A DNA stretch of 64,000 nucleotides, taken from positions 278,665 through 342,664 of the forward strand of contig CAWGYQ010000007.1 in assembly GCA_963826865.1 (NCBI GenBank). The letters run 5' to 3'. The notes beneath the pieces are model-generated. The model made no database searches. It had not been told where the DNA came from and was given only the letters and a program-made list of their open reading frames with translations. Below, piece after piece: positions 10,900 to 22,400 of the stretch. Both the position numbers and the translations under genes were made by a program. How positions within the stretch are numbered: position 1 is the first letter of the stretch; each line of letters starts with the position of its first letter. This DNA comes from an uncultured Acidobacteriota bacterium (GTDB lineage Bacteria > Acidobacteriota > Vicinamibacteria > Vicinamibacterales > CAVPJW01).

Positions 10900-12031
10900 T
10901 GTGCTGATCGTTGGAGCCGGTCCGGCCGGGGCCGTCGCGGCACTCCTGCTCGCGCGTGCAGGCGCGAGCGTGCGACTGATCGACCGCGCCGAGTTCCCTC
11001 GCGACAAACTGTGCGGCGACACGATCAACCCCGGCACACTGGCACTCCTCCAGGGGCTGGCTGTGGCGGGAGCGCTCGAACGGCGGGCCCTGAAGGTGGA
11101 CGGCATGCGGGTGACGGGTGCGAACGGCACCGTGGTCGACGGACGCTATCCCGGGCCGCTTCACGGGCTCGCGTTGACGCGCCGCGACTTTGATGCGCAT
11201 CTGCTCGGTCAGGCGATTGCTGCCGGCGCGCGCTTCGAGCGTATGCGCGTGCTCGAGGCCGTGGTCGAGCGCGGTGTCGTGACGGGCGCGCGCGCGCGGA
11301 CCGTCACCGGGCGTCCGGTCACCCTCGCGGCGCGGCTGACGGTGGCGGCTGATGGGCGTCGATCGACGCTGGCGTTCAATCTGGGACTGGCGTGGCACCC
11401 GCGCCGGCCGCGGCGCTGGGCCATTGGCGCGTACTACGAGGGCATCCAGGGATTGGGGCCGGTGGGCGAAATGCACGTGCGCGGGTCGCACTATCTGGGT
11501 GTGGCACCGTTGCCGGGCGACATCGCCAACGTGTGCCTGGTCACGGCCCTGGCCGATGGTCAATCGGCGCGCATGGACGTGCGCGGGCTGCTGGCCGACG
11601 CGATTCGTATCGATCCGTTGCTGGCGCCACGCTTCGTGCACGCGAAGGCCGTCACCACTCCCACCGTGCTCGGACCGCTCGCCGTCGAGACCAGGGCGGC
11701 GGGCATGCCCGGCCTGTTGCTGGCCGGCGACGCTGCCGGCTTCATCGATCCGATGACCGGTGATGGTTTGCGGTTTGCGATCAGGGGCGCGGAACTTGCC
11801 GCGAGTGCGGCGCTCGATGCGCTGGGATCGGGATCCCGCGATGCGCACATCCCATTGGCCCGGGCGAGGAGGACGTTCCTGGGCAAGCAACTGTTCAATC
11901 GAGTCCTGCGGCGGCTGGTGTCATCACCACTCTTGCCGGTGGCGGGGCATGCGGCGCGCGCGGCGCCAGGTCTGATCCGCACGACCATCCGGATCGCGGG
12001 TGACGTGCCTCGCCGCCGGGCCGGATCGTGA
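10892..12031 (+). CDS. FAD-dependent oxidoreductase, geranylgeranyl-reductase/UbiH-like family
   Basis: 379-aa ORF. Has the Rossmann motif VLIVGAGPAGAVAALLLARAG and the GD motif LLAGDAAGFIDPMTGDG. Its start overlaps the KAS stop by 8 nt (ATGGATGA). Confidence 0.8.
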   Translation: MDDVLIVGAGPAGAVAALLLARAGASVRLIDRAEFPRDKLCGDTINPGTLALLQGLAVAGALERRALKVDGMRVTGANGTVVDGRYPGPLHGLALTRRDFDAHLLGQAIAAGARFERMRVLEAVVERGVVTGARARTVTGRPVTLAARLTVAADGRRSTLAFNLGLAWHPRRPRRWAIGAYYEGIQGLGPVGEMHVRGSHYLGVAPLPGDIANVCLVTALADGQSARMDVRGLLADAIRIDPLLAPRFVHAKAVTTPTVLGPLAVETRAAGMPGLLLAGDAAGFIDPMTGDGLRFAIRGAELAASAALDALGSGSRDAHIPLARARRTFLGKQLFNRVLRRLVSSPLLPVAGHAARAAPGLIRTTIRIAGDVPRRRAGS

Positions 12032-12136
12032 CCCGACCGCGCGTCTCGTCCGAATCGCCGGCACGGCAGTCAAAAGGATGGCACCGGCGCGCTGCTTGCA
12101 CAGACGGTGTGCACCGAAGGGCCGTGATGGCTCAGC

Positions 12137-12142
12137 TATAAT
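12137..12142 (+). promoter_or_regulatory. Candidate -10 hexamer (TATAAT) for the MoxR/vWA cluster
   Basis: A perfect TATAAT ends 12 nt before ATG 12155, with no Shine-Dalgarno between them. That implies a very short or leaderless 5' UTR. I found no convincing -35. Confidence 0.35.
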
Positions 12143-12154
12143 GGCGACACCTCA

Positions 12155-14656
12155 ATGCTCAGCACGCGTCGACACCTCCGCCGCGTGGCGGCGGGAGCGG
12201 AGCGCTTTCCTTTGACGCTCAACGCGGTTGTGCTGTGTGCGGCAATTCTGGCCGCGCCGTTCTCGGCGGGCGATTCGAGCCCGCGGGCGGCGGGTCTGTC
12301 ATCGGTTGCGCCGGGACAGGCCGCGGCCAATCCCTCATCCCCCCTGGCTCGGGCGCTCGCCGCGATCAGTCGTGGGCAGTACGGCGAAGGGGAGCGGGCG
12401 CTCGTCGAGCTGGCCTCTCGCGATCCGGCAGGCGACGCGGCGCTCGAGCTGGGTCTGCTTCAGGCGATGTTGGGACGCCGAAGCGAGGCGACTGCGTCGT
12501 TCAATCGCATTCTCGACGCTCTGGACGGGCGCACGGACGTCCCGTCGCTGACGCGTGCCGGGCGGGCGGCTCGCGCGCTCGGCGAATTTCAGGACGCGAA
12601 CGCGTATTTCCGCCGGGCGGCGTCGCTGCTGCCGGATGATCCCGCCATCAACATCGCGTGGGGCGAGCTGTTTCTCGAAAAATACAACCGGCAGGAAGCG
12701 GCCCAATCGTTTCAGGCGGCGCTCGAGCGCGACCCGAAATCAGTGCGCGCGCAATTCGGACTGGCGCGCGCGATCGCCGAGGACAACCCCCCGGCCGCGC
12801 TGGAGCTGGCCAGCAAGGCGCTCCACGCCGATGGCACGTTCGTGCCTGCTCACGTGTTCGTCGCCGAGCTGCAGCTCGATGAAGGCCGGCGGAAGGAGGC
12901 CCGCGAATCGCTGGATCGGGCGCTAGCCATCAATCCGTCCAGCCTCGAGGCGCGCGCGGTGCTCGCCGGCATGGCCTACGTAGACGGCCGCACGCAGGAC
13001 TTCGACGCGGAGCTGTCGCGTGTGTTTGCCATCAACCCCCGGTACGGCGAGGTCTACCGCGTGGCCGCCGATCAGGCGGCGCGCAGCTATCGCTTCGACG
13101 AGGCCGTTGTGCTGGCACGGCGGGCGCTCGAGCTCGACGGTGACAACGTGCGGGCCAGTGCCGACATCGGCATGCACCTGCTCAGAACCGGCGACGAACC
13201 CGGCGCGCGGCGGGCGCTCGAGAGCGCGTTCGAGCGAGATCCCTACGACGTCGTCACCTTCAACCTGCTGGGGCTGCTCGACACGCTCGACAAGTTCGTC
13301 ACGATCACCGACGGCAACATCACGATGAAATTTCATGCGGATGAAGCCGCCGTGATGCAAGAGTATGCGTTGCCGCTGGCGAAGCAGGCGCTACAGGAAT
13401 TCTCGACGCGGTATCGCTTCCAGCCCGAGGGGCCACTCCTCATCGAGATGTTCCCGCGACACGACGACTTCGCCGTCCGGAACCTGGGGCTGCCGGGCAT
13501 GATTGGCGCACTCGGCGCGTGCTTCGGCCGCGTTGTCACGCTCGACTCGCCGCGCGCCAGGCCGCCTGGCACGTTCAATTGGGGCGCCACGCTCTGGCAC
13601 GAGCTGGCCCACGTGATCTCTCTGCAGATGTCCCGCCAGCGTGTGCCACGCTGGCTCACCGAGGGCATCTCCGGCTACGAGGAGACGCGGGCACGGAAGG
13701 AATGGGGGCGCGAGATGGAAGTGCCCTTCGCCGTCAGGCTGAAGCGCGGCGAGATCCTCAAGCTCCGCGACCTCAACTCGGGCTTCACCAATCCGCAGAC
13801 CATCGCATTGGCCTACTACGAGGCCGCGCTGCTGGTCGAACACATCGTCAAGACGTTCGGTGAGCCGCGATTGCATGCGTTGCTGCGCGCGTTCGGTGAG
13901 GGTCAGGAGACGGAAGCGGCTCTGATGTCCGCGCTCGGGGTGGACATCGATGCCCTGCAGTCGACGTTCGACAAGGCGCTCCAGACCCGGTTTGCCTCGC
14001 TCGGGCGTGTGCTCGAGACTCCCGAGGGTGTGAGTGGCGCATCCGTGGACGCGCTTCGCGCGCTGGCGTCGAGCCATCCCGAGAGCTACGGCGTCCAGAT
14101 CGCACTCGGCCAAGCTCTCTGGCGCGCGAAGGATACGTCTGGTGCCTTCACCGCGCTCGAACGGGCCGCCACGCTCGTGCCGATGGCGACGGGCGAGGAG
14201 AGCCCGCGTGCTCTCATGGCCGCGATGGCGATCGAGATGAAAGATCCCGCGCGTGCCGCCGCCGAGCTCGAGGCGCTCCTGGCGCACGATCACAGCAACG
14301 TCGAGGCGGCCCGCCGGCTGGCATCCCTCGTCGATCCGGCCGCGGATCCTGCCAGGGCAGCGGCAGCATTCGAGCGGATCATCGAGATCGATCCGTTCGA
14401 TGTGGGTGCGCACGCGTCGCTCGGACGGCTGGCGCTCGCGCGCCGTGACGCCGCCATCGCCCAGCGCGAGTTCCGCGTGGCCCTGGCTGTTGGCGCGCCG
14501 GATCCGGCCTCGCTCTACTGTGATCTCGCGGAGAGCTATCTGCTGACGGGCCGGGCGACCGACGCCAAGCGCCAGGCGCTTCAGGCCCTGGAGATCGCGC
14601 CGGCTTACCAGCGCGCGCAGGATCTGCTGCTCAAGATTGCCGATGGTGGGGTATGA
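12155..14656 (+). CDS. TPR-repeat protein with central MA-clan zinc-metallopeptidase-like domain
   Basis: 833-aa ORF. Has a hydrophobic N-terminal signal/anchor and TPR-like Ala/Leu-rich repeats in the N- and C-terminal thirds. The central part has HELAH (WHELAHVISLQ) followed by WLTEGISGYEE, resembling the Peptidase_MA_2 pattern. Confidence 0.75.
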   Translation: MLSTRRHLRRVAAGAERFPLTLNAVVLCAAILAAPFSAGDSSPRAAGLSSVAPGQAAANPSSPLARALAAISRGQYGEGERALVELASRDPAGDAALELGLLQAMLGRRSEATASFNRILDALDGRTDVPSLTRAGRAARALGEFQDANAYFRRAASLLPDDPAINIAWGELFLEKYNRQEAAQSFQAALERDPKSVRAQFGLARAIAEDNPPAALELASKALHADGTFVPAHVFVAELQLDEGRRKEARESLDRALAINPSSLEARAVLAGMAYVDGRTQDFDAELSRVFAINPRYGEVYRVAADQAARSYRFDEAVVLARRALELDGDNVRASADIGMHLLRTGDEPGARRALESAFERDPYDVVTFNLLGLLDTLDKFVTITDGNITMKFHADEAAVMQEYALPLAKQALQEFSTRYRFQPEGPLLIEMFPRHDDFAVRNLGLPGMIGALGACFGRVVTLDSPRARPPGTFNWGATLWHELAHVISLQMSRQRVPRWLTEGISGYEETRARKEWGREMEVPFAVRLKRGEILKLRDLNSGFTNPQTIALAYYEAALLVEHIVKTFGEPRLHALLRAFGEGQETEAALMSALGVDIDALQSTFDKALQTRFASLGRVLETPEGVSGASVDALRALASSHPESYGVQIALGQALWRAKDTSGAFTALERAATLVPMATGEESPRALMAAMAIEMKDPARAAAELEALLAHDHSNVEAARRLASLVDPAADPARAAAAFERIIEIDPFDVGAHASLGRLALARRDAAIAQREFRVALAVGAPDPASLYCDLAESYLLTGRATDAKRQALQALEIAPAYQRAQDLLLKIADGGV

Positions 14657-15456
14657 GGCGCCGGGCGACCCGCGTGGCCGTGGCCGCCGCGATCGCGGGT
14701 CTGCTGCAGAGCGGACTGCCGTGGCTGCTTGCCTCCGCGAGGGCGCAGTTCTTCGATCTCGACGCCGACCGTTTTGCCGGCCTCGAGTGGACGTTCGTCC
14801 GGATCCAGTATCACGCCATCTCGGACACCGCGAGAATGCGCTGGGAATACTGGGGCGACCCGTGGGCCATCGACGCGCCAGCCGCGGAACAGAACCTCTC
14901 GCGCCGACTCAAGACGGTGACGTCCATTCAGGTTCACGAGCCCATCGTGCTGACGCTCGAGGATCCCAGAATCTGGCAGTACCCGTGGCTGTACATCGTC
15001 GAGCCTGGCAATCTCGAGCTGACCGAGGCGGAGGTGCCAATCCTGAGAGAGTTCCTGCTGAGGGGCGGTACGCTCACCTTCGACGACTTTCACGGCCCGT
15101 ACGAATGGGAAATCCTGGTGCAGGAGCTCAAGAAAGTGTTTCCGGAACGCTCGATCGTAGACCTCGCACCGCCGCATCCCATCTTTTCGTCCTTCTACAC
15201 GGTGGAGCAGTATCCGCAGATTCCGGGCCTGGGCTCCTTCTTCAGCGGTCGGACGTGGGAGAAGGGCGGATATGTGCCACAGTTGCGTGCGGTGCTCGAC
15301 GACCGCGGGCGCCCCATGGTTCTCATCAACTGGAATACGGACATGGGTGATGGGTGGGAGTGGTCCAACGCCGAGGAGTATCCTGGCTACATCCGGTACA
15401 CCGCCGAGGCGTACCGCATGATGATCAATGAGATCTTGTACACGCTGACGCACTAA
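14653..15456 (+). CDS. DUF4159 domain-containing protein (secreted/periplasmic)
   Basis: 267-aa ORF with a signal peptide. Has motifs I associate with DUF4159 (EWTFVRIQY, AEQNLSRRLKTVTSI, PWLYIVEPGNLELTEAEVPILREFLLRGGTLTFDDFHG). ATGA overlap with the upstream gene. Confidence 0.7.
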   Translation: MRRRATRVAVAAAIAGLLQSGLPWLLASARAQFFDLDADRFAGLEWTFVRIQYHAISDTARMRWEYWGDPWAIDAPAAEQNLSRRLKTVTSIQVHEPIVLTLEDPRIWQYPWLYIVEPGNLELTEAEVPILREFLLRGGTLTFDDFHGPYEWEILVQELKKVFPERSIVDLAPPHPIFSSFYTVEQYPQIPGLGSFFSGRTWEKGGYVPQLRAVLDDRGRPMVLINWNTDMGDGWEWSNAEEYPGYIRYTAEAYRMMINEILYTLTH

Positions 15457-15518
15457 CAGCAGAAGCGCGCGTTCCGCGGTCGAGCGTTCCAGCACGCCGG
15501 GCCGACGCGAATGGCCGC

Positions 15519-16538
<1,020 letters not shown>

Positions 16539-16594
16539 CGGCACGATCGGGCGACAGCAGTCGCCCGCACGGGTCGAACAGAGCAGGGGTGCCG

Positions 16595-17513
16595 ATGAGA
16601 GCAGGACGAAATCGTCCCGGGGAACAGCAATTTCTCGACCCCACCGTGCTCGCGCGCATCGGGTCGCTCGAGCTGAAGGCGCGGACGATCGTCGAGGGCT
16701 TCCTCACCGGGCTGCATCGCAGCCCGTTCAAGGGATTCAGCGTCGAGTTCGCCGAGATACCGGCAGTACATGCCGGGCGATGACCTGTCGACGATCGATT
16801 GGAAAGTATTCGCGCGAAGCGACCGGTATTACGTCAAGAAGTACGAGGAGGAAACGAACCTCGAATGCCACCTCCTGCTCGACGTCAGTGCCTCGATGGG
16901 CTACGCCTCCGAGACGAGCGTCAGCAAGCTCGAGTACGGGTCGTATCTCGCGGCGGCGCTGGCCTACCTGATGCATCGCCAGCGCGACAGCGTGGCGTTC
17001 ATGGCGTTCGACGATCGCATCGTGCGCATGCTGCCGCCCAGTGCGAGGCCGGGCCACCTGCGATCGGTGCCTCCTGATGCTGGAACAGCTTCGAGATCGG
17101 CCAGCGGACCGACTGTTCGAAGCCGCTTCATCAGCTGGCTGAAGCGCTCAAGAAGCGAGGGCTGGTGATCCTGATCTCCGATTTGCTCGACGATCCGGAC
17201 CGCGTGATCGAAGGACTGAAGCATTTCCGGTTCAAGGGGACCGAAGTGGTGGTGTTTCACGTGCTCGATCGCAGCGAGTTGACGTTCCCGTTCGAGCGGG
17301 CCGCGCGCTTTCACGATCTGGAGAGCGACGAGGAAGTGATGGCCGTGCCCGCCGTCGTTCGGACCGGATATCTGAAGAGCATCGAAGGTCTCATTGACGC
17401 GGTACCGGCGGGAGCTGGGCGTGGTCGGCATCGACTACTGCCTGCTCGACACGTCGCAGCCCCTCGACTTCGCGCTCATGGCGTATCTCTCGACGCGCGG
17501 GCGGAGCCATTGA
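16595..17513 (+). pseudogene. DUF58 (MoxR-partner, vWA-like) gene interrupted by four single-base insertions
   Basis: The DUF58 signature is split across frames: SPFKGFSVEFAE | (Y)RQYMPGDDLSTIDWKVFAR ... ARPGHLRS | LLMLEQL | EIGQRTD...LVILISDLL ... GLIDA | YRRELGVVGIDYCLLDTSQPLDFALMAYL. Extra bases lie at about 16757, 17067-17070, 17089-17092 and 17401-17402. The length is 919 nt, and 919-4=915 is divisible by 3. Stop TGA at 17511-17513. Confidence 0.85.
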
Positions 17514-19419
17514 TGTTCGGGCTGGCGTTTCTCTCGCCGGCATTTCTTGCCGCGGCGACCGCCGTCGCCGTGCCCATTTTCATTCACCTGTTCCGCAGGC
17601 GCACCGAGGAGCAGATCCGGTTCAGTGCGGTGAAGTTTCTGAAGGACGCACCGGTGGAGCACGCGCGCCGTCGGAGAATCCGTGAGCTGCTGCTGCTGGC
17701 CCTTCGCGTCTCGGCGCTGGTGCTGCTGGCGCTGGCGTTTGCGCGGCCGTATTTTGCCAGCGCCGAGTCGGGGTTTGGCGCGCCGATCACGGTGGTCGCT
17801 GTGGATGTGTCGTACAGCATGTCCGCGCCGGGACAGTTCGCGCAGGGCGATGAGGCTCGCGGAGCAAGCCATCGATGGCGCCCCTGCGAGGCACCAGGTG
17901 AGCGTCGTCGCGTTTGCCGACGACGCCGAGGTCGTGACCCCGCCGACGTCGGCCCGGGGAGAAGCGCGCGCGGCGGTGGCTCGCCTGTCTCCCGGCGCCG
18001 GCGCCACGAGCTATCGCGCCGCGCTGGCTCGCGCGGAGAGGCGGCAGGGGAGACCGGACGCATCGTGCTGATCACCGACCTGCAGCAGAGCGGCTGGGCA
18101 GGGGGCGAGAGCGACGTGCTGCTGCCGCCAGGCGTGGCAATCGAGGTTGCCGACGTCGGCGGGGCAGGGGCAAATTTGGCCGTGATCGATCTGCGGCGCG
18201 AGGCCGGCGGTCTCTCGGCCCGTGTTCAGAACACGGGCGCGGCGCCGCACGAGGGGATTGTCCGGCTCATGGTGGACGACATGTTGACCTCCGAAGCGAA
18301 ATTCTCGGTGGCGCCGCATGCCGTCACCGACGCCCGCTTCGACGATTCGGATGCGACGAGCGGACTGGCCTCGGCGACCCTGACCGATCCGAACGGATTC
18401 GCCGCGGACAACACACGCTATCTGCTGCTCGATCCGCCTGTGCCGGTCACCGTCATGGCTGTCACCTCCGCCGCGAGCCCGGCGGACATCTTCTATCTCG
18501 AGCGGGCCCTCGCGAGCGGAGGCTACTCGAGTCCGTTCCGCGTCGTGAGCCGTGCCGCCGTGAGCTTTGAGGGGGTGGACCGGGCCTCGCTCCGTCCGTA
18601 TCCACTGCTGCTGGCTGCTCGGCACGCGAAATCTCGATCGGCGCGGACGCACGGCCATTCTCGACTACGTCCGGGACGGCGGCGCGCTCGCGATCGCTGT
18701 GGGTCCCGACGTGGAGCCGGACGTGGTGGCCGATCTTCCTGGGCGACGACCTCGCGGTGCGCATCGGGAGAACGCCGGCGTCGGAGCCATTGAGTTTCGC
18801 ACCGGTCGACGCGCGGCATCCGATTTTCCGTGCGTTCGGTCCGTCGGCCAGCAACCTGAGCCTGGTACGGTTCACGCGGTCCGCGGGCATCGCCGATGGC
18901 GGCCAGGGCCGGCGCCTCGCGGTATTCAGCGATGGCACGGGCGCGCTCGTCGAATACTCTGTCGGACAGGGTCGCGTTCTGGTGTTCGGATCGGATCTGA
19001 GTAACCGCTGGAACGATTTTCCGTTGCAGCCGACCTTCGTGCCCTTCGTGCACGAGATCATGCGGTATCTGACAGGGTCCGCGTTCGAGCGGACCGAGAT
19101 TCTGGTTGGCGATTTGCCGCCGGGTCTTCCGCGAAGACCGGGCTTGCCGTGACTCTCCCGGCCCGCGGCGCCCGGGCTCACGAGCGAACAGGCCGGCCGG
19201 CGGGTCGCCGTCAATGTGGATGTGCGCGAATCGGATCCCGCGCGGATGGGTCAACAGGATTTTCTGGCCTCGGTGAAGCGACTCGACCGGTCGTCCGCCA
19301 GCCCGGCGGACAGTCGCGGCCGGGATGACGAGGATCGTCAGCGCCTTTGGCAGTACGGCCTGGCCCTGATGATTGTAGGATTGGTGATCGAGGGCCTGCT
19401 GGGCAGCCGCGTGGCCTGA
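17513..19419 (+). pseudogene. BatA_N (aerotolerance-regulator N-terminal) / vWA / amidotransferase-like membrane protein gene with multiple frame breaks and an in-frame TGA
   Basis: The N-terminus MFGLAFLSPAFLAAATAVAVPIFIHLFRRR is BatA_N-like. The coding signal hops frames at about 17846, about 18030-18045, 18614 and 18738. There is either a TGA at 19150-19152 or clustered shifts at 19120-19200. Segments are recognisable in four track ORFs (17165.., 17682.., 18567.., 18757.., 19216..). The length of 1907 nt is not a multiple of 3. Confidence 0.8.
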
Positions 19420-19437
19420 GCGGGTCGTACGGCCGAC

Positions 19438-22400
19438 GTGGCCGAATCGGGGAGGATTGTGGCCGATCGCCCTGAGACGCTCGTTCGACTGATTGGCGCC
19501 GTCCGCCGTCGATGGATGACGGTGGCCTGCCTGCGTGCGGTGTCGCGCGCGGGCGCCGCGTCGGCGCTGCTCACGGCCGCCTGTCTCCTCGCCTATTTCC
19601 TCGTTCAACCCGACAAGCTGGCCCTCGTCGCGCTGGCGGTCGGTGTCCTTCTGGGGATCTCAGTGTGCTTTCTCGTCGCGGCCTGGCCGCTGCGGCGGAC
19701 CCCCGACAATCGACGGCTTGCGCGGTTCATCGAAGAGCGAGTACCGGAGCTCGACGATTCACTGGTGACGGCGGTCGAACTTCGTACGGCGGGCGAGCCG
19801 GGGTACGGCTCGGCGCTGCTCGATTCGTTCCTGCACGACGCCGATCGGCGCGCGGGGGAAATCGATGTCGAGCGCGTCATTCCACGCGCCAGACTCCGTC
19901 ACGCGTGGCTCGTCGCTGGTGGAAGTCTCGCGGCGTTGCTCACGGTCATGGTGTTCAGCCGGACACCGGCACGCCGAGCCTACGAGGCCGCGTCGGTGCA
20001 CGCGCTGCCATGGCGCGTCGCCATCGAGGTCACTCCGGGAAATGCCAGGGTCCGCGCGGGTCAACCCATCACCATCAGCGTCCGTTTGTCTGGTGCGGGC
20101 ACGGTGCTCAGTCCGATGCTCCGGCTCGAGAACGAAGAGGGACGCGAGCTGCAGATGCGCCGCGACGGTGGTGACGATCGCTTCAGCCTGACGATCGAGG
20201 ACGTGCGACGCTCGTTCGACTATCGCGTGGAGGCGGGAACGCTGTCCTCGCCCACCTTTACCGTCACGGCCCTTCGTCCACCCAGGGTTTCACGGATTGA
20301 CTTGCGCTACGAGTATCCAGCCGGTCTCGGCCTCCCGGCGCGCACCGAGGAGGATTCCGGCGATATCTACGCGCCGCCGGGTACTCGCGTCCGCCTCCGG
20401 GTTCGTGCTGACAAGCCAATCGTCCAGGGGGAGTTGAAGATGGCCGGCGCCGGCGACCTCCAGCTGGCTGCGGTCGCCCCCGATGTGCTGGAAGGCGAGC
20501 TGCGGGTGGCCGGTGACGGCTCGTATCGCGTCTCCCTCGCTGACAGCGACGGTCTCGAGAGTGAGGGCGAGACCGAGTACTTCATTCGCACGCTCGACGA
20601 TCGTCCGCCCGAAGTGCGCATCGTCAAGCCTGCTGCCGATCGGCAGGTGACGCGGCTCGAAGAAGTGGCCATCGACGCACAGGCCGCCGACGACTACGGG
20701 ATCGAGCGGTTCGAGCTGGTCTATTCGGTACGCGGCCGGGCCGAGAAGGTGCTCCCCCTGACCGACCGTGTCTCCGGAACCAGTGTCTCGGGCTCGCGGA
20801 CGCTCTATCTCGAAGAAATGGATGTTCAGCCCGGTGATTTCGTCACCTACTACGCGCGCGCACGCGATGTGGCGAAGGGGCGCCGATCGACAGAAGGGCG
20901 CAGCGACATTTTCTTTCTCGAAGTGAAGCCCTACGACGAACAGTTCGTGTCGGCCGAGAGCCAGGGCATGCGTGCCGGCGCCAACAGCCGGTCGCTCGAG
21001 GAGCTCGCCGCAGCGCAGAAGAACATCATCATCGCGACCTGGAAGCTCGATCGGCGATCCGTCTCCGGCCGATCGAGGCAGGACATTCTGTCGGTCGCCG
21101 GTGCGCAAACCGCGCTGCGCGAACGCGCGGCCGGCATGGTCCGCCAGGTGAGCAGGTTTGGAGGCGACCGGCGCGGGTCGTTCAATCCGACCACCCCCAC
21201 TGAGCAGGATCCGATGAGTCTCGCCGTGCAGGCCATGAGCTCTGCGGAAGAGGCTCTGGGAACACTGAAGACCTCGGCCGCCATCCCGCACGAGATGGAA
21301 GCGCTGAATCAACTGCTCAGGGCCCAGGCGGACGTGCGCCGTCGCCAGGTTGCGCGTCAGTCGAATGGTGGGGGAGGCGGTGGCAGCAACCGCCCCACCC
21401 AGGATCTCTCGGCGCTCTTCGATCGTGAGCTTCAGCGTCAGCAGGAGACGAACTACGAGACGCCAACGAGCGCCGCCGCCAACGAGGACACCCCGGACGA
21501 CTCGAACCAGCCGCTCGACAAGATTCGTGAGCTGGCGCGTCGGCAGAACGAGATGAGCCGGGAGCAGCAGGAGTTGGCCCGGCAACAGACCACGATCGAC
21601 GCTGACGAGCTGAAGCGGCGACTTGAACGGTTGACTCGCGAGCAATCGGAGTTGCGGCGCGAGGCCGAGGAGCTCGCGCGCGAGCTCTCGCAGCAGCAGC
21701 CGGCCGAGCAGCAGACTCAGCAGAGGGTGGACGGCCAGCGGGGGCAGCCACGGCAGCCAGGGCAACAGGGACAACAGGGACAACAGGGACAACAGGGACA
21801 ACAAGGACAACAGGGGCAACAGGGCCAGCAGGGGCAACAGGGCCAGCAAGGTCAGGGGCAGGGGGGGGAGCAGACTCGAGGACCGGGCGGACAGGGTTCG
21901 CAGGCTGGCGGAGCCGCGCTGCGCGAGGCGTCAGAAGACATGCAGGGGGCGGCCAGCAATCTGCGTCGCCAGGATCCGGGGCAAGCGAGCGAACGCAGTG
22001 GCCGCGCGCTCGAAAAGCTTCGGGCGCTCGAACGTCAGCTCCATGCGCGCCAACCCGACAATCGGCGCCGTGCGCTCGGTGACCTGCAGCTCGAGGCGCG
22101 CCAGCTCGCGGATTCGCAGCGGCAGATGGCGGGCGAGCTGCAGCGGACTGGCCAGTCACCGACTGCGGAGACGTTGCGCCGGCTGGCGGGTGAAAAGGAG
22201 CGGCTTGCCGACCGCGTGCAGCGCTTCGAGCAATCCGTGAAGGACCTGGAAGGCACCGCCCGCTCGGACGAAGAGCGCGGGACGATTGGTGACGTCACGG
22301 CGGAGCTCACAGAACAGCAGATCGAACGTCGGCTGCGCGAGTCTTCCGACACGATGCGGCAGGAGGCCCAAGCGGCGGCCGGCTCGGGTGAGCGGAGAAC

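Noticed and set aside
16595-19419. Programmed ribosomal frameshifting or recoding as an explanation for the broken DUF58/vWA genes.
   Set aside because: At least 9 breaks occur within 2.8 kb. I saw no slippery heptamers or downstream structures at the sites, and the local contexts differ. Programmed events are single and conserved, not serial.
20290-21849. 519-aa minus-strand ORF beginning with LLALLPLLALLPLLSLLSLLSLL.
   Set aside because: It is antisense to the 1207-aa gene. The Leu-rich start is simply the reverse translation of the (GQQ)n repeat, and there are no motifs.
21760-21861. Short tandem repeat considered as a possible CRISPR or other non-coding repeat array.
   Set aside because: The unit is 9 bp with no spacers, and it is in frame inside a long ORF. 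It is a coding microsatellite.
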